Shown here piece by piece: positions 1-15,000 of a stretch of 52,130 nt of DNA (position 1 is the first letter of the stretch; every line of letters begins with the position of its first letter). Both the position numbers and the translations under genes were made by a program. The stretch covers positions 1 to 52,130 of the forward strand of contig JYFJ02002708.1 in the NCBI GenBank assembly GCA_000934665.2, written 5' to 3'. The DNA comes from Catajapyx aquilonaris. Its lineage: Eukaryota. Below the pieces are notes generated by a model. It worked only from the letters and a program-made list of their open reading frames with translations. It had not been told where the DNA came from and searched no databases.

Positions 1-3000
1 CTCGTTCACCTCTCAAAGGAGCGACCTGCTGTTGTGGGAAGTCAATCTTTCCTTCCTGACGTAGGTTATCGCATGGATGATATGCTTCTGGCCTCTCCCC
101 TTTCCTCGGGGTTTGCACCTCTGGTCTGTAGAAATCTCCCTCTGGGTGAAGATTATCACGCGGTTTGACCACAGGAGCCCGATCGCCTCGAAGTGGTGCA
201 ACTTGATCTTCTGGATACTCAACGTACCCTTGCATATGAAGATTATCTGTAGGTTTTTTCACAGCAGCTCTCTCCCCAACAGGTGCTTTGGGTGCCTCTG
301 GAGTGTAAAACTGTCCTTCCGGATACAAGTTGTCCTGAGGCTTTTTAACTGGGTAACGATCACCAATGGGCGCTTTACTCTTCTCTGGGAAATTGAAGTC
401 ACCTTCAGGGCGCAGATTATCCTCAGGTATCCTCACTTCAGCCCGATCACCTTTTCCTGGTGTGACTCTCTCTGGAACGTAGAAGTCTCCTTCAGGGTAG
501 AGGTTGTCTCGAGGCTTCACCACATCTGCCCGATCACCTTTTCCTGGAGTCGTCTTCTCCGGCATATAGAAATCCCCTTCTGGTTTCAGGTTGTCACTTG
601 GCCGATACGCTTCTGGCCTCTGTCCCTTCATCGGCTCCTGCACTACAGGCCTGTAGAAGTCACCCTCAGGATGTAAGTTGTCTCGAGGCTTGACAACAGA
701 GGCCCGATCACCTCGTAATGGTGCGGCCTGCTCCTCGGGAAAGTCAAACCTTCCTTCTGGATGCAAGTTGTCGACTGGTTTCTTCACTGGTGCCCTCTCG
801 CCTACTGGCGCTTTACCAACTTCACGAACAGTAAACTTTCCCTCCGGGTGCAGGTTATCCTGCGGCTTCTTCACTGGCCATCGCTCACCAGTTGGCACCT
901 TTCCTTTTTCCGGCCTGTAGAAGTCTCCTTCAGGATGCAAATTGTCTTGAGGCCTCACCGCATCTGGACGTTCACCTTTTCCAGGAGTGACCTTCTCAGG
1001 CACATAGAAGTCTCCTTCAGGGTAGAGGTTGTCACGTGGCTTCACCACATCAGCTCGATCTCCCTTCCCTGGAGTGGGCTTCTCTGGAACATAGAAGTCA
1101 CCTTCTGGCTTCAGGTTGTCACTTGGACGATACGCTTCAGGCCTCTGTCCCTTCATCGGCTCCTGCACTTCAGGCCTGTAGAAGTCACCCTCTGGTTGCA
1201 AATTATCCCGAGGCTTGACGACAGGAGCGCGGTCACCTCGAAGCGGTGCGGCCTGCTCTTCAGGGAAGTCGAACCTTCCTTCAGGATGCAAGTTGTCGAC
1301 TGGTTTCTTCACTGGTGCTCTCTCGCCAATTGGCACTTGACCAACTTCACGAACAGTAAACTTCCCCTCAGGATATAGGTTGTCCTGTGGCTTCTTCATA
1401 GGCCATCTTTCGCCCACTGGAGCTTCACCTTTTTCTGGCCTGTAGAAGTCTCCTTCAGGATGCAAGTTGTCTTGAGGCCTCACCGCATCTGGACGTTCGC
1501 CTTTTCCTGGTGTGACTTTCTCCGGAACGTAGAAGTCTCCTTCAGGGTAGAGGTTGTCTCGTGGCTTCACCACATCTGCCCGATCACCTTTTCCTGGAGT
1601 AGTCTTCTCCGGCATGTAGAAATCACCTTCTGGTTTCAGGTTGTCACTTGGACGATATGCTTCTGGCCTCTGTCCCTTCATCGGCTCCTGCACTTCAGGC
1701 CTGTAGAAGTCACCCTCAGGATGTAAGTTGTCATGTGGCTTCACGACAGGGGCACGGTCACCCCGTAGAGGTGCGGCCTGCTCCTCCGGAAAGTCAAACC
1801 TTCCTTCCGGATGCAAGTTGTCCACAGGCTTCTTCACTGGGGCCCTCTCACCCACCGGAGCTTGACCGACTTCACGAACTGTAAACTTTCCCTCCGGGTG
1901 CAGATTATCCTGCGGCTTCTTCACTGGCCACCGCTCCCCAGTGGGCGCCTTTCCCTTTTCCGGCCTGTAGAAGTCTCCTTCAGGATGCAAGTTGTCTTGA
2001 GGCCTCACCGCATCTGGACGCTCGCCTCTTCCAGGAGTGACCGGTTCAGGAACGTAGAACTGACCCTCCGGCTTCAGGTTGTCCACCGGCTTCTTAACCG
2101 GAGCTCTATCTCCCGTCAATGGTGCGACAGGTGCTTGCGGGAAGTCAATCATTCCTTTAAAAAAAATTATTCTCATATAAAAAAAAAGTTCATTCATTAA
2201 AAATTAGTAAATGTATCTTGCATTAAACTGTTTACTAGTAATGCTCATTACACACAAATAGCAAATATTACATATCATTGTATGAGTTACTAGGATGATT
2301 TTTTTTCCAAACATTACACCTTGTTCACAGCGATTACACCACATGCCCGTTAAAACAAAATTGTGTGCTATCCTGTTTCAAATGACATTGTTTTTACTTG
2401 AATATTTTGTACAACTGCATTGCGATATATAGCAAAAAAAAATTACCCTCAGTTCTTAGATTGTCGGATGGTCGGATAGCTTCTGGCCTCTTTCCCTGCA
2501 CGGGGCTTGGCTTCTCGGGTACGTAGAACTCCCCTTCGGTCCTGATCTGGTCCTGATGCTTGGTGATCTGCACCCTCTCCCCTCGGACATCCTGGAAGTC
2601 CTCCCTCATTCTGGTGGAAGACGTGAAGGTGCCTTCCATCCTCAGGTTGTCCTCGTGTCTGGTCTGCTCGGAGCGGACCACTTGGAAGTGACGGTGGTCC
2701 TCCTTCGTCTGGGACACCCCTTCGAAGGTGCCTTCCATTGTCAGGTTATCCTGATGTCTAATCATGGTTCTTTTCTCGGGCACCACCACCTGGTAGTCCA
2801 ACTCGTGACGAGTGACACTTTCGAAGGTTCCGCCCGTCTGCAGGTTGTCCTGAGGTATCTTCACCACAGCTCTTTCTCCCTTGAGCGGAGCTGTTTCTTC
2901 AGGCCGGACGTAGAACTGGCCTTCTGGCTTCAGGTTGTCAACGGGTTTCTTCACAGGCTCTCGTTCACCTCTCAAAGGAGCGACCTGCTGTTGGGGGAAG

Positions 3001-6000
3001 TCAATCTTTCCTTCCTGGCGCAGGTTATCGCATGGATGATATGCTTCTGGCCTCTCTCCTTTCCTCGGGGTTTGTACATCTGGCCTGTAGAACTCTCCCT
3101 CTGGGTGAAGATTATCACGAGGTTTAACGACAGGAGCCCGATCGCCTCGAAGGGGTGCAACTTGATCTTCTGGATACTCAACGTACCCTTGCATATGGAG
3201 ATTATCTGTAGGTTTTTTCACAGCAGCTCTCTCCCCAACAGGTGCTTTGGGTGCCTCTGGAGTGTAAAACTGTCCTTCCGGATACAAGTTGTCCTGAGGC
3301 TTTTTAACGGGATATCGATCACCAATGGGCGCTTCACTCTTCTTTGGGAAATTGAAGTCACCTTCAGGGCGCAGATTATCCTCTGGTATCCTCACTTCAG
3401 CCCGATCACCTTTTCCTGGTGTGACTTTCTCTGGAACGTAGAAGTCTCCTTCTGGGTAGAGGTTGTCTCGAGGCTTCACCACATCTGCCCGATCACCTTT
3501 TCCTGGAGTCGTCTTCTCCGGCATATAGAAATCACCCTCTGGTTTCAGGTTGTCACTTGGACGATATGCTTCTGGTCTCAGTCCCTTCAACGGCTCCTGC
3601 ACTACAGGCCTGTAGAAGTCACCTTCTGGCTGCAAATTATCTCGTGGTTTGACGACAGGGGCGCGGTCACCTCGAAGCGGTGCGGCCTGTTCCTCAGGGA
3701 AGTCGAACCGCCCTTCCGGATGCAAGTTGTCAACAGGTTTCTTCACGGGTGCCCTCTCTCCTACTGGTGCTTTACCAACTTCCCGAACAGTAAACTTCCC
3801 CTCAGGGTGCAGATTATCCTGCGGCTTCTTCATCGGCCACCGTTCACCAGTCGGTGCCTTTTCTACTTCTGGCCTGTAGAAGTCTCCTTCAGGATGCAAG
3901 TTGTCTTGAGGCCTCACTGCATCTGGACGCTCGCCTTTTCCTGGTGTGACTTTCTCCGGAACGTAGAAGTCTCCTTCAGGGTAGAGGTTGTCTCGTGGCT
4001 TCACCACATATGCCCGATCACCTTTTCCTGGAGTAGTCTTCTCCGGCATGTAGAAATCACCTTCTGGCTTCAGGTTGTCACTCGGACGATACGCTTCTGG
4101 CCTCTGTCCCTTCATTGGCTCCTGCACTTCAGGCCTGTAGAAGTCACCCTCAGGATGTAAGTTGTCATGTGGCTTGACGACAGGTGCACGGTCACCCCGT
4201 AGAGGTGCTGCCTGTTCCTCAGGGAAGTCGAACCGTCCTTCCGGATGCAAGTTGTCGACCGGTTTCTTAACTGGTGCTCTCTCGCCTACTGGCGCTTTAC
4301 CAACTTCACGAACAGTAAACTTTCCCTCCGGGTGCAGATTATCCTGCGGCTTCTTCACCGGCCACCGCTCACCAGTTGGCGCCTTTCCCTTTTCCGGCCT
4401 GTAGAAGTCGCCTTCAGGATGTAAGTTGTCCATTGGCTTTTTCACTGGGGCTCTGTCTCCCTTCAACGGTGTGTCCGGCTCAGTAGGAAATTCTATTTTA
4501 CCCTGAGGACGTAGGTTGTCCTCGTGCCTATACATCACAGATCTGTCGCCTTGGACATGCCTGTACTCCTCATTCATCCGAGACACGCCTGTGAACTCTC
4601 CTTCCATTTTGAGGTTATCGTACTTGCGGATTGCCTGCGGACGAACCACATGAACCTCCCTGTATGAATCTTGAGATGTGGCCACTCCCGTGAATTCCCC
4701 TTCAGTCTTCAGGTGATCTTGATGCCTCGTTATCTGCACCCGCTCGCCTCGAACGTCCTGGAAATCTTCCTTCATTCTGGTGGACCCCTGGAAAGTCCCT
4801 TCCATTCGAAGATTGTCTTCATGTTTGGTGACTTCCGATCGCACAACCTGGAAGTGTCGATGCTGCTCCTTGGAGTGGGATGTCGCTTCGAAAGTTCCCT
4901 CCATTGTCAGATTATCTTGGTGTCTTACGATGGTGGATCTCTCGGGCTTCACCACTTGGTAATCAAGCTCGTGGCGAGTGACTCCATCGAAAGTGCCTTC
5001 GGTGAACAAGTTGTCTTTCGGTATCTTAACAACTGCTCTTTCGCCTTTCATCGGTGCTTTTTCTTCAGGTCGCACATAAAATTGACCTTCCGGCCTCAGG
5101 TTATCTGAAGGCTTTCTTACTGGTTCTCTTTCGCCTATCAATGGCGCGGCCTGCTGTTGCGGGAAGTCCATTGTTCCTTCCTGGTGCAAATTGTCACTGG
5201 GTCTGTACGCATCCGGTCTCTTCCCTTTAGATGCACTAGGTGCCTCCGGCCGATAAAAGTCGCCTTCGGGATACAGGTTGTCTTGTGGCTTCTTCATCGG
5301 CCACCTCTCGCCAGTTGGAGCCTTGCCCTTCTCCGGAAAGTTGAAGTCTCCTTCAGGTCGCAAGTTATCATGCGGCTTTACCACATCGGCTCTGTCTCCT
5401 TTCCCGGGCGTCACCTGCTCCGGTACGTAGAAGTCACCCTCAGGTCTCAGATTGTCCGATGGTCTAAATGCGTCAGGTCTCTCGCCTTTCGATGGGCTCT
5501 TCTTTTCAGGCCTGTAGAAATCACCCTCTGGTTTCAGATGGTCAGGATGTTTGACCACCGGTGCTCTTTCGCCCACTGGTGCAACCCCCTTTTCTGGAAA
5601 CTGCATGTCCCCCTCGGATTTCAGATTGTCCTTCGGTATTTTCATCGGAGCCCGATCTCCTTTGATTGGCGTAGTGTCAATCTTTGGCACGTAGAATGGA
5701 CCCTCGGGCATCAAGTTGTCTTTGGGCTTCTTCACCGGAGCCCTCTCACCCTTCGTTGGCGTTTTGGGTTTCTTCGGGTAGGAGTGAACGCCCTCTGGTT
5801 TCAGGTTGTCTTTCGGCTTCTTGGTGGGTTCCCGCTCTCCCTTCAGCGGCGCCTTCTGCTCTTCTGGAAACTCAATTATCCCTTCCATTTTGATCTGATC
5901 CGCATGTTTGGTTATGGACATCCTCTCCGCCTTCACCTGCTTGAAGTCTTCCTTCATGCTGGACGAACCGACAAATTCACCTTCCATTTTGAGTGATGAT

Positions 6001-9000
6001 TCGTGCTTGGTAATTTCCGATCGTTTCACAGCCTTGAAACTTTTGAACTCTTGCTTCTGGTGCGACACACCATCAAAGGTGCCCTCCATCCTCAGGTTGT
6101 CGGTAGGCCTCTTCATTGCATATCGATCACCTATTGGCACTGGTTTTTCACGAGGGAACTCGATGGCACCTTCCTGTCTCAGGTTGTCGGCGGGCTTCTT
6201 CACCTCCATTCGCTCAGCAGTGACATTCTGGAAAGCGTCCCTCATGTGCGTTACGGATTCGAAGGTTCCTTCTGTTGTTAGGTTGTCATGATGTCGGACG
6301 ACCTCAGCTCTCAATGACCCCATGTTGGTCATCTCGCGAAATTCATCCTTCGTATGAGACACGCCCTGTGAAAACAAGCGCAAGGATTAGGTTTGAACAC
6401 GAAAAAAGGACCAGACGAGTGTCCAACCTGAAAGTCTCCTTGAATTGCAAGATTGTCGCTCTTCCTAATCGCTTCTCTCCTCTCAGCAGTGACGGCTTGA
6501 AAGTCGTGCTTCTCCCCTCCGTAGAAAGCCCCTTCCATCTTCAGATTGTCGTCGTGTCGCACCATCACAGCCTTCTCTCCTTTAATCGTCTCACCGAAAG
6601 ACTCCCTGTTGGTGGTGCTGCTGGAAAATTCTCCAGTCTCAAGTTTCGTGAACGTGTTCTGGCGCATCAGAGCTGGCCTCTCAGTCCGGACATCTTGGTA
6701 TGACTCCTTAGAAGTGCTCGTGCCTGTAAAAAAAAACAGGTCATAAATATATCCATACATGTCGTTCACTCCAGCAAAAAATTTTCAGCAATCAGGTTCA
6801 AAAAATGTACCTCCGAACATTCCTTCCATTTTCAAGTGATCTTCCATCTTCTTGACTTCCACCCTGTCCACCTGGTCCATCCGAACTTCCTTGAAGTTAT
6901 CCTTTGTGCTGCTGGTGGCCTCGTGGAAGTGTCCCTCCATCTTCAGATTATCCGAGTGCCGCCTGACTTCCGCTCTCTCCCCCACCGTGGCCACATAGTT
7001 TTCCCGCATGTGGCTGCTGCCTCCAAACTCACCCTCCAGCTTCAGTTGGTCCTGATGCCTCGTCGCAACTGCCCTTTCACCCTTCGTTGACTTGTAATCT
7101 TCCCTCATGTTACTCTGACCCTCGAAGGAACCTTCCAGTCTGATGTTGTCCTCCATCTTAAATCTGCAAAAAGGCAACCATTACATAATAAGCTTTATGC
7201 TAAAGGCTGCTTGCCTTCGCAGAACCAGATCCGAGATTTTTATTGCACTGCAATCGTCTTCCGGTTTGTCTTTTTTCCCCCCACTAACCAATGCAGCATT
7301 ATTATAATGATTCGTTTCAGATAAATTAATATCGCAATTGCAGTACTGGTAATCGGCTATAACGTACCTTGCTTTCCGCGGTCCGCATCAACCGGATTCA
7401 ACTGTATATTATTGCAGCTAATATTTCACAATTTGCAAGTAATATTTCAATGCAAAGTACTCTCATTTGGCCTGCACTATATTTAGCGCAATTTTTTTTA
7501 CTTTGAGTGTGTCACAGGCATGAACACGCCAATTTTACTTTCATGGCTTGAGCTTTTTCCTCGTATTCATCCGTAGCACTACGGACCCATCCCACATTAA
7601 TCACACACACGTACTGAGCTCAAGGTCTGCGACAGCCTCTGGCATATTCCCCCTCCGCTTTTGCTTTCTCCTGGCCAGAGACCCGACCCCAATACATTTT
7701 TTTAAAAATTTGCCTATACTCACTTGGACAATCTCTCCGACTTCTTCTCGTCATATTCCTCCTTGTACGACGACTTGGTTCGGACCATCTCACCACCCCC
7801 AACCTTCATCTCCCCATGATGCTTCACCATTGGGCTCCTGCTGCCTGACGGAAGACCTACGTAGTCACTCCTGCAAAGATTGTGACAATAGGTCAAAATT
7901 TGTGTTTTCAATTGCTTCGCATAATTAGTTAATTTAATGGGCTGAAAATTAGGACCAACCTGGTGGTGGAAGACGTTTCCAGGAGTTGACCATCTTGCTT
8001 GAGGATGGTCTGTCTCCGCTGCATCTGGCTCCTCTCCATTGTCCGGACGTCAAATGCCTTGTACACTTCCTTAGTTTCGGACACCAAGCACTCCTGCACT
8101 CCAATCCTCTCCAGGGGCAGCCCATGACGACGATGAGGACACCGATGTCGCCTATTCAAAAAAAAATACATTTAATTAGAAACAGTTAATATATGGTGTG
8201 TATATGAAAATCTCTACATATGAAACAGCAAGTTTGTCTGTATGTCAGGGCTACCTAACCCACTTTCGGACTACTGAGAACAATCCCCAAAGGTTATACT
8301 ACCTAGGTGTTGCCAAAGCAGCCAGAAACACTACTCTGAGTCCAACAATGGTCAGTTCCATTCAATGGCCCCCCTGCACTTTTGCCCCGGGGCCGATAAG
8401 CCTCCCCGGAGCGACCCTGAGAGACTGGGCCGCACATGTGTGAACTGCAATGCACGTTGCAGGGTTCGAATAAGTATTGTATGAGCGCGCAACTAGAGAG
8501 AGAAGAAATTGATCGCGCATATGAAGGGGGGCGGAGGGAATGGCCGCACTGCTGCTGTGCCATCCAAGGGCCATTGGCCTCGGGGCAACCACCAATCAAC
8601 CCCCCAAATACGATAGGGTTAATTAAAGTGTGTTTTAAAATCGTAATCTACCTACAAAATATTTGGTACTGTACAACGCGAATAATTTTACTTGGGCTTT
8701 AATTATCCCACAACAATCTAATTGAAAAAAACAGTACAAACATAATTATTTTTAACAAATATTTAAATATTCCTGTAGGTACAGCAGCATTTTTTTGAGA
8801 TTTACGAGAGATTTTTTTTTAAAAAAAATTTTTGGGCCGCCTCATGGTGCAAATAATAAACAATTTGGGACATTTTTTCGTCCTCTTTATCATTCTTATC
8901 GAGTACCTAGGTGTATACGTACATCGCATGTGCTTAATCCAACAGGTATAATGGCCTGCCCACACGCTAAGCAATGGCCAGACAGACACAAGGGGACAGA

Positions 9001-12000
9001 ATAAAATTTTTTTGGGGGGAAGGCCACGGACCTCTTCCCTGGGGTTTTATTGGATCAAAATAACACCTGTTGTTACACCTCCAATCAAGCAAAATAATAA
9101 TTTATAAAGTTTCATTACAATAATTTTAATGGAACTCTATAAATCCTGATAATATTGGCACATTTTAACCGAAATGTTAACTTGTCTAAACTATCTTATT
9201 GTAGGTGTTAAAAGTCTGACGTGATGCCCAGAGGAAATAGGAAATGACTACGTGGGACGCTGTACGTACACACACACACACACTGAGCGGCACTGTGTGG
9301 GCTTTCGTACACCTGACTCATTGCCTTTGCCTTTTTAGGAGAACCGAGAGGCGCCCCTAATTTGGGTCAAGAAACTCTGCGCACAAGGTGAAATTTACAC
9401 ACACACAAAAAAAAGGCTGTGCTTTTAGCTCGCAACTTCAAAGCCAACAGCAAAAGAGTCGATCGAATGTATGGGATGACACTTTTGAACTGTTTGACGC
9501 AACATGTAGGTCGCCTTAAATTAATGGGTGGTCGAAGGTCATCCCAATTTTTAACACTATGTAGCATACCAGGTCAAGGACACCACAGGTTGAGGAATAG
9601 ACACACCTGAACGCGCAATATTTTTCAGGAGACTATTCAACCTACATCAACAATGAGACAGTGGTGCTCTACGCCCACCTGTCCTGAAAGTTGATGGATG
9701 CTGGGATCATGCTCCAGGATTTCTGATCCCGTGGGAAGAGTTCCCACCGAAACCACAAAAGGCAACTCACTAGCTGCAGTATGGTGCACCGCATTGTCCT
9801 CTATTTAAAAATAAATATATTACAAAACCTATCTTTGATCTAGGATGATATTGGGACCAGAAATATCGCCTAATCACATACAGGTCGGTCTCATTATTAT
9901 TTAACTGTAATCATGAACTCCCAGCATTTTTATTTTCCTCCATATTGATTTTTACCCCATTAGCTCCGCACAATTTGAATTGATAGTTAAATATTTCATA
10001 AATGGGACTTACAATTTGGGAGTTCCATGAAAATATTGGCTAATGATATCCCCAGGAGATTACTAAATATTCAAAAACCAGGTCTATTTCCAAGCCCCGA
10101 ACTATATATACAGGGTGTTTCAGAATGATCCAAACTACTAAATGCTACTAATATACAATGGGCCGTATTCAGAGTCAACAGCAAGAAGTTAGTGCAGTGC
10201 TTTAAACCACGTGACCCAGTTCACTAAGAAAAGTCGTATGCAGAGTCGCACTTTAGGCCTAGTTCGGGCCTAGTGCGGACTTAGTGCGATCATGCTAAAG
10301 CGGTGCACTAACGCAAAACTTAGTGAAGGGGACCCCCTTTAATATAATTAATTCTTTTCAATTAAATGTAACGTGATGGACACATTCTACCTTTTTAATT
10401 GCCATCACGAGTGTACATGAAAATAAACAATTGGCGTTTCAATTAGTTACATGGCAGATGTGTTTTGTTTCGCGAAAAATAAAACCGACTTGCACGAGAG
10501 GCAATTTTTTCTCGCCAAAAAAAAATCCGCAACGTTACACACGAAATGCAAATTTATTGCCGCATTACTTATACAATAGCCAAATTCGATTGGGGTCAAA
10601 GTGTTAACGCCCCCCCAATCATTTTCCGGGCTGCCAAAACTTTTTTTGTGTGTGCTCGGGACGTGCAGAAAATCGAACCAAATTATCCCCCCCATTCCAT
10701 TGGGAGCTGGGGCTAAAATATCGATGAAGAAATCGGTCAGCCCTTTAAAAGCAAAATAGTGTGCAGTGATTCTGAAACATGCCGTTGAAAAGTATACGCT
10801 TTTAAAGGAAGCGGGTAGTGGGTCGAGGTCTCTAAATGTCGCCGGAACCACCCCCCCTTAAATCCGCCCCCACAAGGACCAACCCCCCCACCAAAATATT
10901 TCCTTTTATCGTTCCGTGTAGTTGACCATCACGCAACAGAAACTTGCACAAGAGGCTTTTGCACTCCATATGTACAGGGTGCGCCCACTAGCAGATTCCC
11001 TGGAGAATGTCAAGTATATAGTCTTGAAAAGTTGAAAGAAAAAAATACTCTTGACAGTCAATAAAAAGTCAAGTAGTTGAAGAGGGGCCAAATTCAAGAG
11101 ATGAAAAGTTTGACAACATAAGTTTTTTTTAGCAATCAAGAAACACCCTGTACAAATTAATTACTATATTAGACTTTTTCTCATCGATAAAAAAAGTGTT
11201 ATAGAACGGCTCTGTCCGTCCGTCCGTCTGTGGACAGGTATCAGGGAACCGAAGGAGATCGCGACAAATGGTTTTCGGATTCGGATTCGGCGTGTCCAAA
11301 AAGCGCGAACTGCTGTCCGTCCGTCTGTGGACAGGTATCAGGGTCTAAACCGCAGGGAGTAGCGAAAAATGGTTTTCGGATTCGGATTCGGCGTGTCCAA
11401 AAAGCGTGAACTGCTGTCCGTCCGTCTGTGGACNGCAGGGAGTAGCGAAAAATGGTTTTCGGATTCGGATTCGGCGTGTCCAAAAAGCGCGAACTGCTGT
11501 CCGTCCGTCTGTGGACAGGTATCAGGGTCTAAACCGCAGGGAGTAGCGAAAAATGGTTTTCGGATTCGGATTCGGCGTGTCCAAAAAGCGCGAACTGCTG
11601 TCCGTCCGTCTGTGGACAGGTATCAGGGTCTAACCAGCAGGAAACAGCGACAAACGGTTTTCGGATTCGGATACGTTTCATGGTCAACTTCCGGTCACTG
11701 GCAACTTCCGGTTTTCCGGGTTCACTCTATCCGCCAAGGTCAAGTCTACCCTTCTTGACAACGAGAGACTGACAATATGTCATTGTTGTCCAGTTGGAAT
11801 CGTGTCGTGTCGTATTCAACAAAGCTGTCAGTCTCATTTCCCATTATATGACTGATAAAAAGTCAACTCGAATCACGCTTTTGCCAATCTTTTGTTTCTT
11901 TAAAGTGCGAACTATATAGTATTTGTCATCAACATTCTTGGGATACCCCCTCTTATTACATCACCACGTTTCTCCTGGAGATCAAACGCAGTATCTGTCC

Positions 12001-15000
12001 TGCCTAGACCGCAAGACATTCGGTCACGGTTGGTCTAACTAATGCTGCGGTTACAAGTCAGGGCTATAAATGGCGTGTGTTGTAGCTTAGTAGTGGCGGA
12101 AGTTGGTGGGTGCATAACAAGTATAGTGTGATAGTGAGCTTTAGCGTGCCAAGCACAAGAAGAAGAAAAAAAAAATACAAGTTGAGGTCTGCGTGATGAC
12201 CTCCCAGAAGCGGATGATCAATCATTCAGAATGGTAGCCCGCCCCAATTTTTTTATTTTCAGTAGTGGCGATTTAAAAGGAAGGCCTCAACCTTGAGCAG
12301 GTTGGGCCAGTGTTGGTCATTTTCCGGTTGATCAAAGGTGGAGGTTTATGACGCCCTTTTTTTTATTGGACTAATTGCGACACTGGGCAAGGGATGGGTA
12401 GAAATCGATACCCACATTCATTGAACTGTGAGGATTTCGTGGTTGCAAGAGTTTTTTCCTGGAAGTTGTGTGTGCTGGTGCTATCAGGCATTCATTCAAC
12501 GATGAGGGCAGCTACTGGTCATTGCCATAGTAATATCACACGAAAAGGCTAATAACTTCAGAAATAATTCAGAAAAATAATAACTCATTCTCACCCGGAT
12601 ATGGAAAATGTTACATCTCTAGCAATTGCTATACTTAACGCTATCATTGTAAAATTAATTAATAACTTCAGAAAGTCTGCGAAATATTTGACAAATAATT
12701 AATCGATATGGAAATGTTACATCTCAAGCGACAATCGACAATTTGTTGCAACAATGCCAATATTTAACGCGCCTCCCATTTGAACAATATTTAATGAATG
12801 GGCAATAGGCGGGTATAATCACGGCGGGGTTTTTTTTCCCAGTCAATTAATATTTTTTTTAAAGTGTGGGCAGATTCGAGGAAGGGTGAGGTCACGAGCA
12901 GACAAGTCCCGTAATGTGCTGCTAATAACCCATAGTGGAAAAGTTCAGCCAAGTTTGCCGGGTACGGTTTATTGCATTTTATTGCTAGACGCTCAAGCTG
13001 TAAAAATATATTAAGCATTCAACAGGTTTGCAAAATGATGCATTGTTTTTTTTTTTGTGTATATAAATTTTTTACGAATGCAGTTTGACTCTGGAGACAA
13101 ATGTTGCATGGTTCAATTTCCTCATCGTTGCAAAAGCCCGTTTCTAAATTGCTGATTTGCTTCCAACACCCCCCTCCAAAGAGATGTGGGTCACGTAAAA
13201 AGCCAAGCCCAAACTGGTTTTGTCGCTTAGCTCAGGGGAAAAGGAAAACAGATTTAAAAAAAAAAAAGTCTACACAGACCAAGACTTGTTATCAGTCAAC
13301 CAGGCAGAACCAGAGAAGCACATTCCTAAAGCCTTGCACAGGTGGATTCCAGCACACCAAAGCCCTTTTAAAAATAATGGCAACACAAACAACACCCACT
13401 CTAAAAAAATGTAATTTAATAAGTTCGTTCAAAAAATGGTGATTTTGCACTTGGTTTTTAATGCAAAATCGTCCACAGTTTTTTTAAGCAACATAGTACC
13501 GGTTGTACTGTACCTAGGGAAAGTGAATTTTTTAAAAATCTGTAATTACACATTGTGAATAATTTTTCCTAATTATATTTCCTAATTTGTTCTGATACAA
13601 CCAGCCATTTATCATCATCTAATCATGTCACACACACAAAAAAAACAGATTGGAGTCAATCAATCTTTCAAAAATATATCCAAAATCCATCAGCATATTT
13701 TTCACTATTTAACAAAAATGTACTGAAAAATTACACAATTAGGAAAACTAATATTTTATACCATTAAAATTTGTTATATTTGTAATTTTTTTTTAAAGCA
13801 GGGTTGGTTCCCATTGGGGAGTAGTCATTTCTGCCAGGAATTAATTTATTATATAAAATCAATTACCTATAATTCTCTCCCCCCCTAAGGTAGCACTGCT
13901 CTATCACAGTGCAAACAAAATAAATAAACAATTAACTAGTATCATCATCATCAGCATCATTATTATGAGCCAGTCCAATAACAATACACACACACACACA
14001 GTACGATATTGGACCCCCATTCTTACTGTGATTTGTACACACTGCGCAGATTTCTCCCAATTGAATGGCGTAATCTATCCCTAGAGGGGCAGTAAAGTGT
14101 ATCGTTTGGCTGGAAATGATACGATTGCAACGTTCGGTGGAAATGAATAAGAGAATAGGAGTGGGAGTGAGGGGGTGATGTGAGGGGGATCACCTTTTAT
14201 ATTTCATCCCCCGCCTCTTCCCACAATTCCTCTGACGACATCGCCCATGTCATCCTGTGCAACACTACTTGTCAAGGTCGCCACAACCATTCCAGCATGC
14301 ACCCACATCGTTCTGCACCAGGAGGCACTACACCTTTTACCGTCCTTTTTTATACTCCTTTTATCTAGCTGACTATGCACAACCACAGCGAGGCAAAAAG
14401 AAGAAGTTATGAATCGTTCGTTCCAGCAACTAAAATGTAGATAATAATCAACAGCCCCAAAAAGCCAATATTGCTTTACAAGTGGTTGCTGGAGCAAACA
14501 TTAAACAGGTTATTGTTGGTAGCCAAAATTTGGCAACACTGCCCGGCCCTCCCTCTCTGCACACTACAGCCACCAACTGACAACTACGGTAACTACATGC
14601 ACTTAGGTGATCAGTCAATGCGTGTAGGGACAGAGTCACGACTAGCCAATTCTAATATTGTGATGAAAAATGTGCTACCCATTGACATACGATCCATCAA
14701 AAACAATATTTTCCTAAACGTCCTTCGAGTGACTTTCTCCAATTGCGAATCGCATGTCCTTCCTCTTTTCCTTGCGGTTACATTATGCGAACACACACTT
14801 ACATTGCTAATAAGATTGTTGTGTAACCGCAATTTTGATTCGCTAAGCGGCTATTTTTATATTGTCAAAGGGCGGCCAAGAAAAGGTTTGTTTAATATTA
14901 GTGCGAAGATTAGGTTTGTTTTCTTCTTCCCCTGGTTGAAATTATTAGCATGCGAATAATTGGCCGGCACGACACTGTTAGACCCCCCGTTAGTACTGTT

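Noticed and set aside
77..6291. Long plus-strand ORFs (up to 534 aa) opposite the SAXO-like exons
   Set aside because: They are antisense shadows of a repetitive coding sequence, with no independent motifs.
11210..11675. CRISPR-like appearance of the regular repeats
   Set aside because: The units are contiguous with no unique spacers, there are no cas genes, and the context is a eukaryotic intron.
14204..14497. CxxxxC..WVH motif suggesting a PHD-like or transposon fragment
   Set aside because: Too short and incomplete, with no supporting flanking domain.
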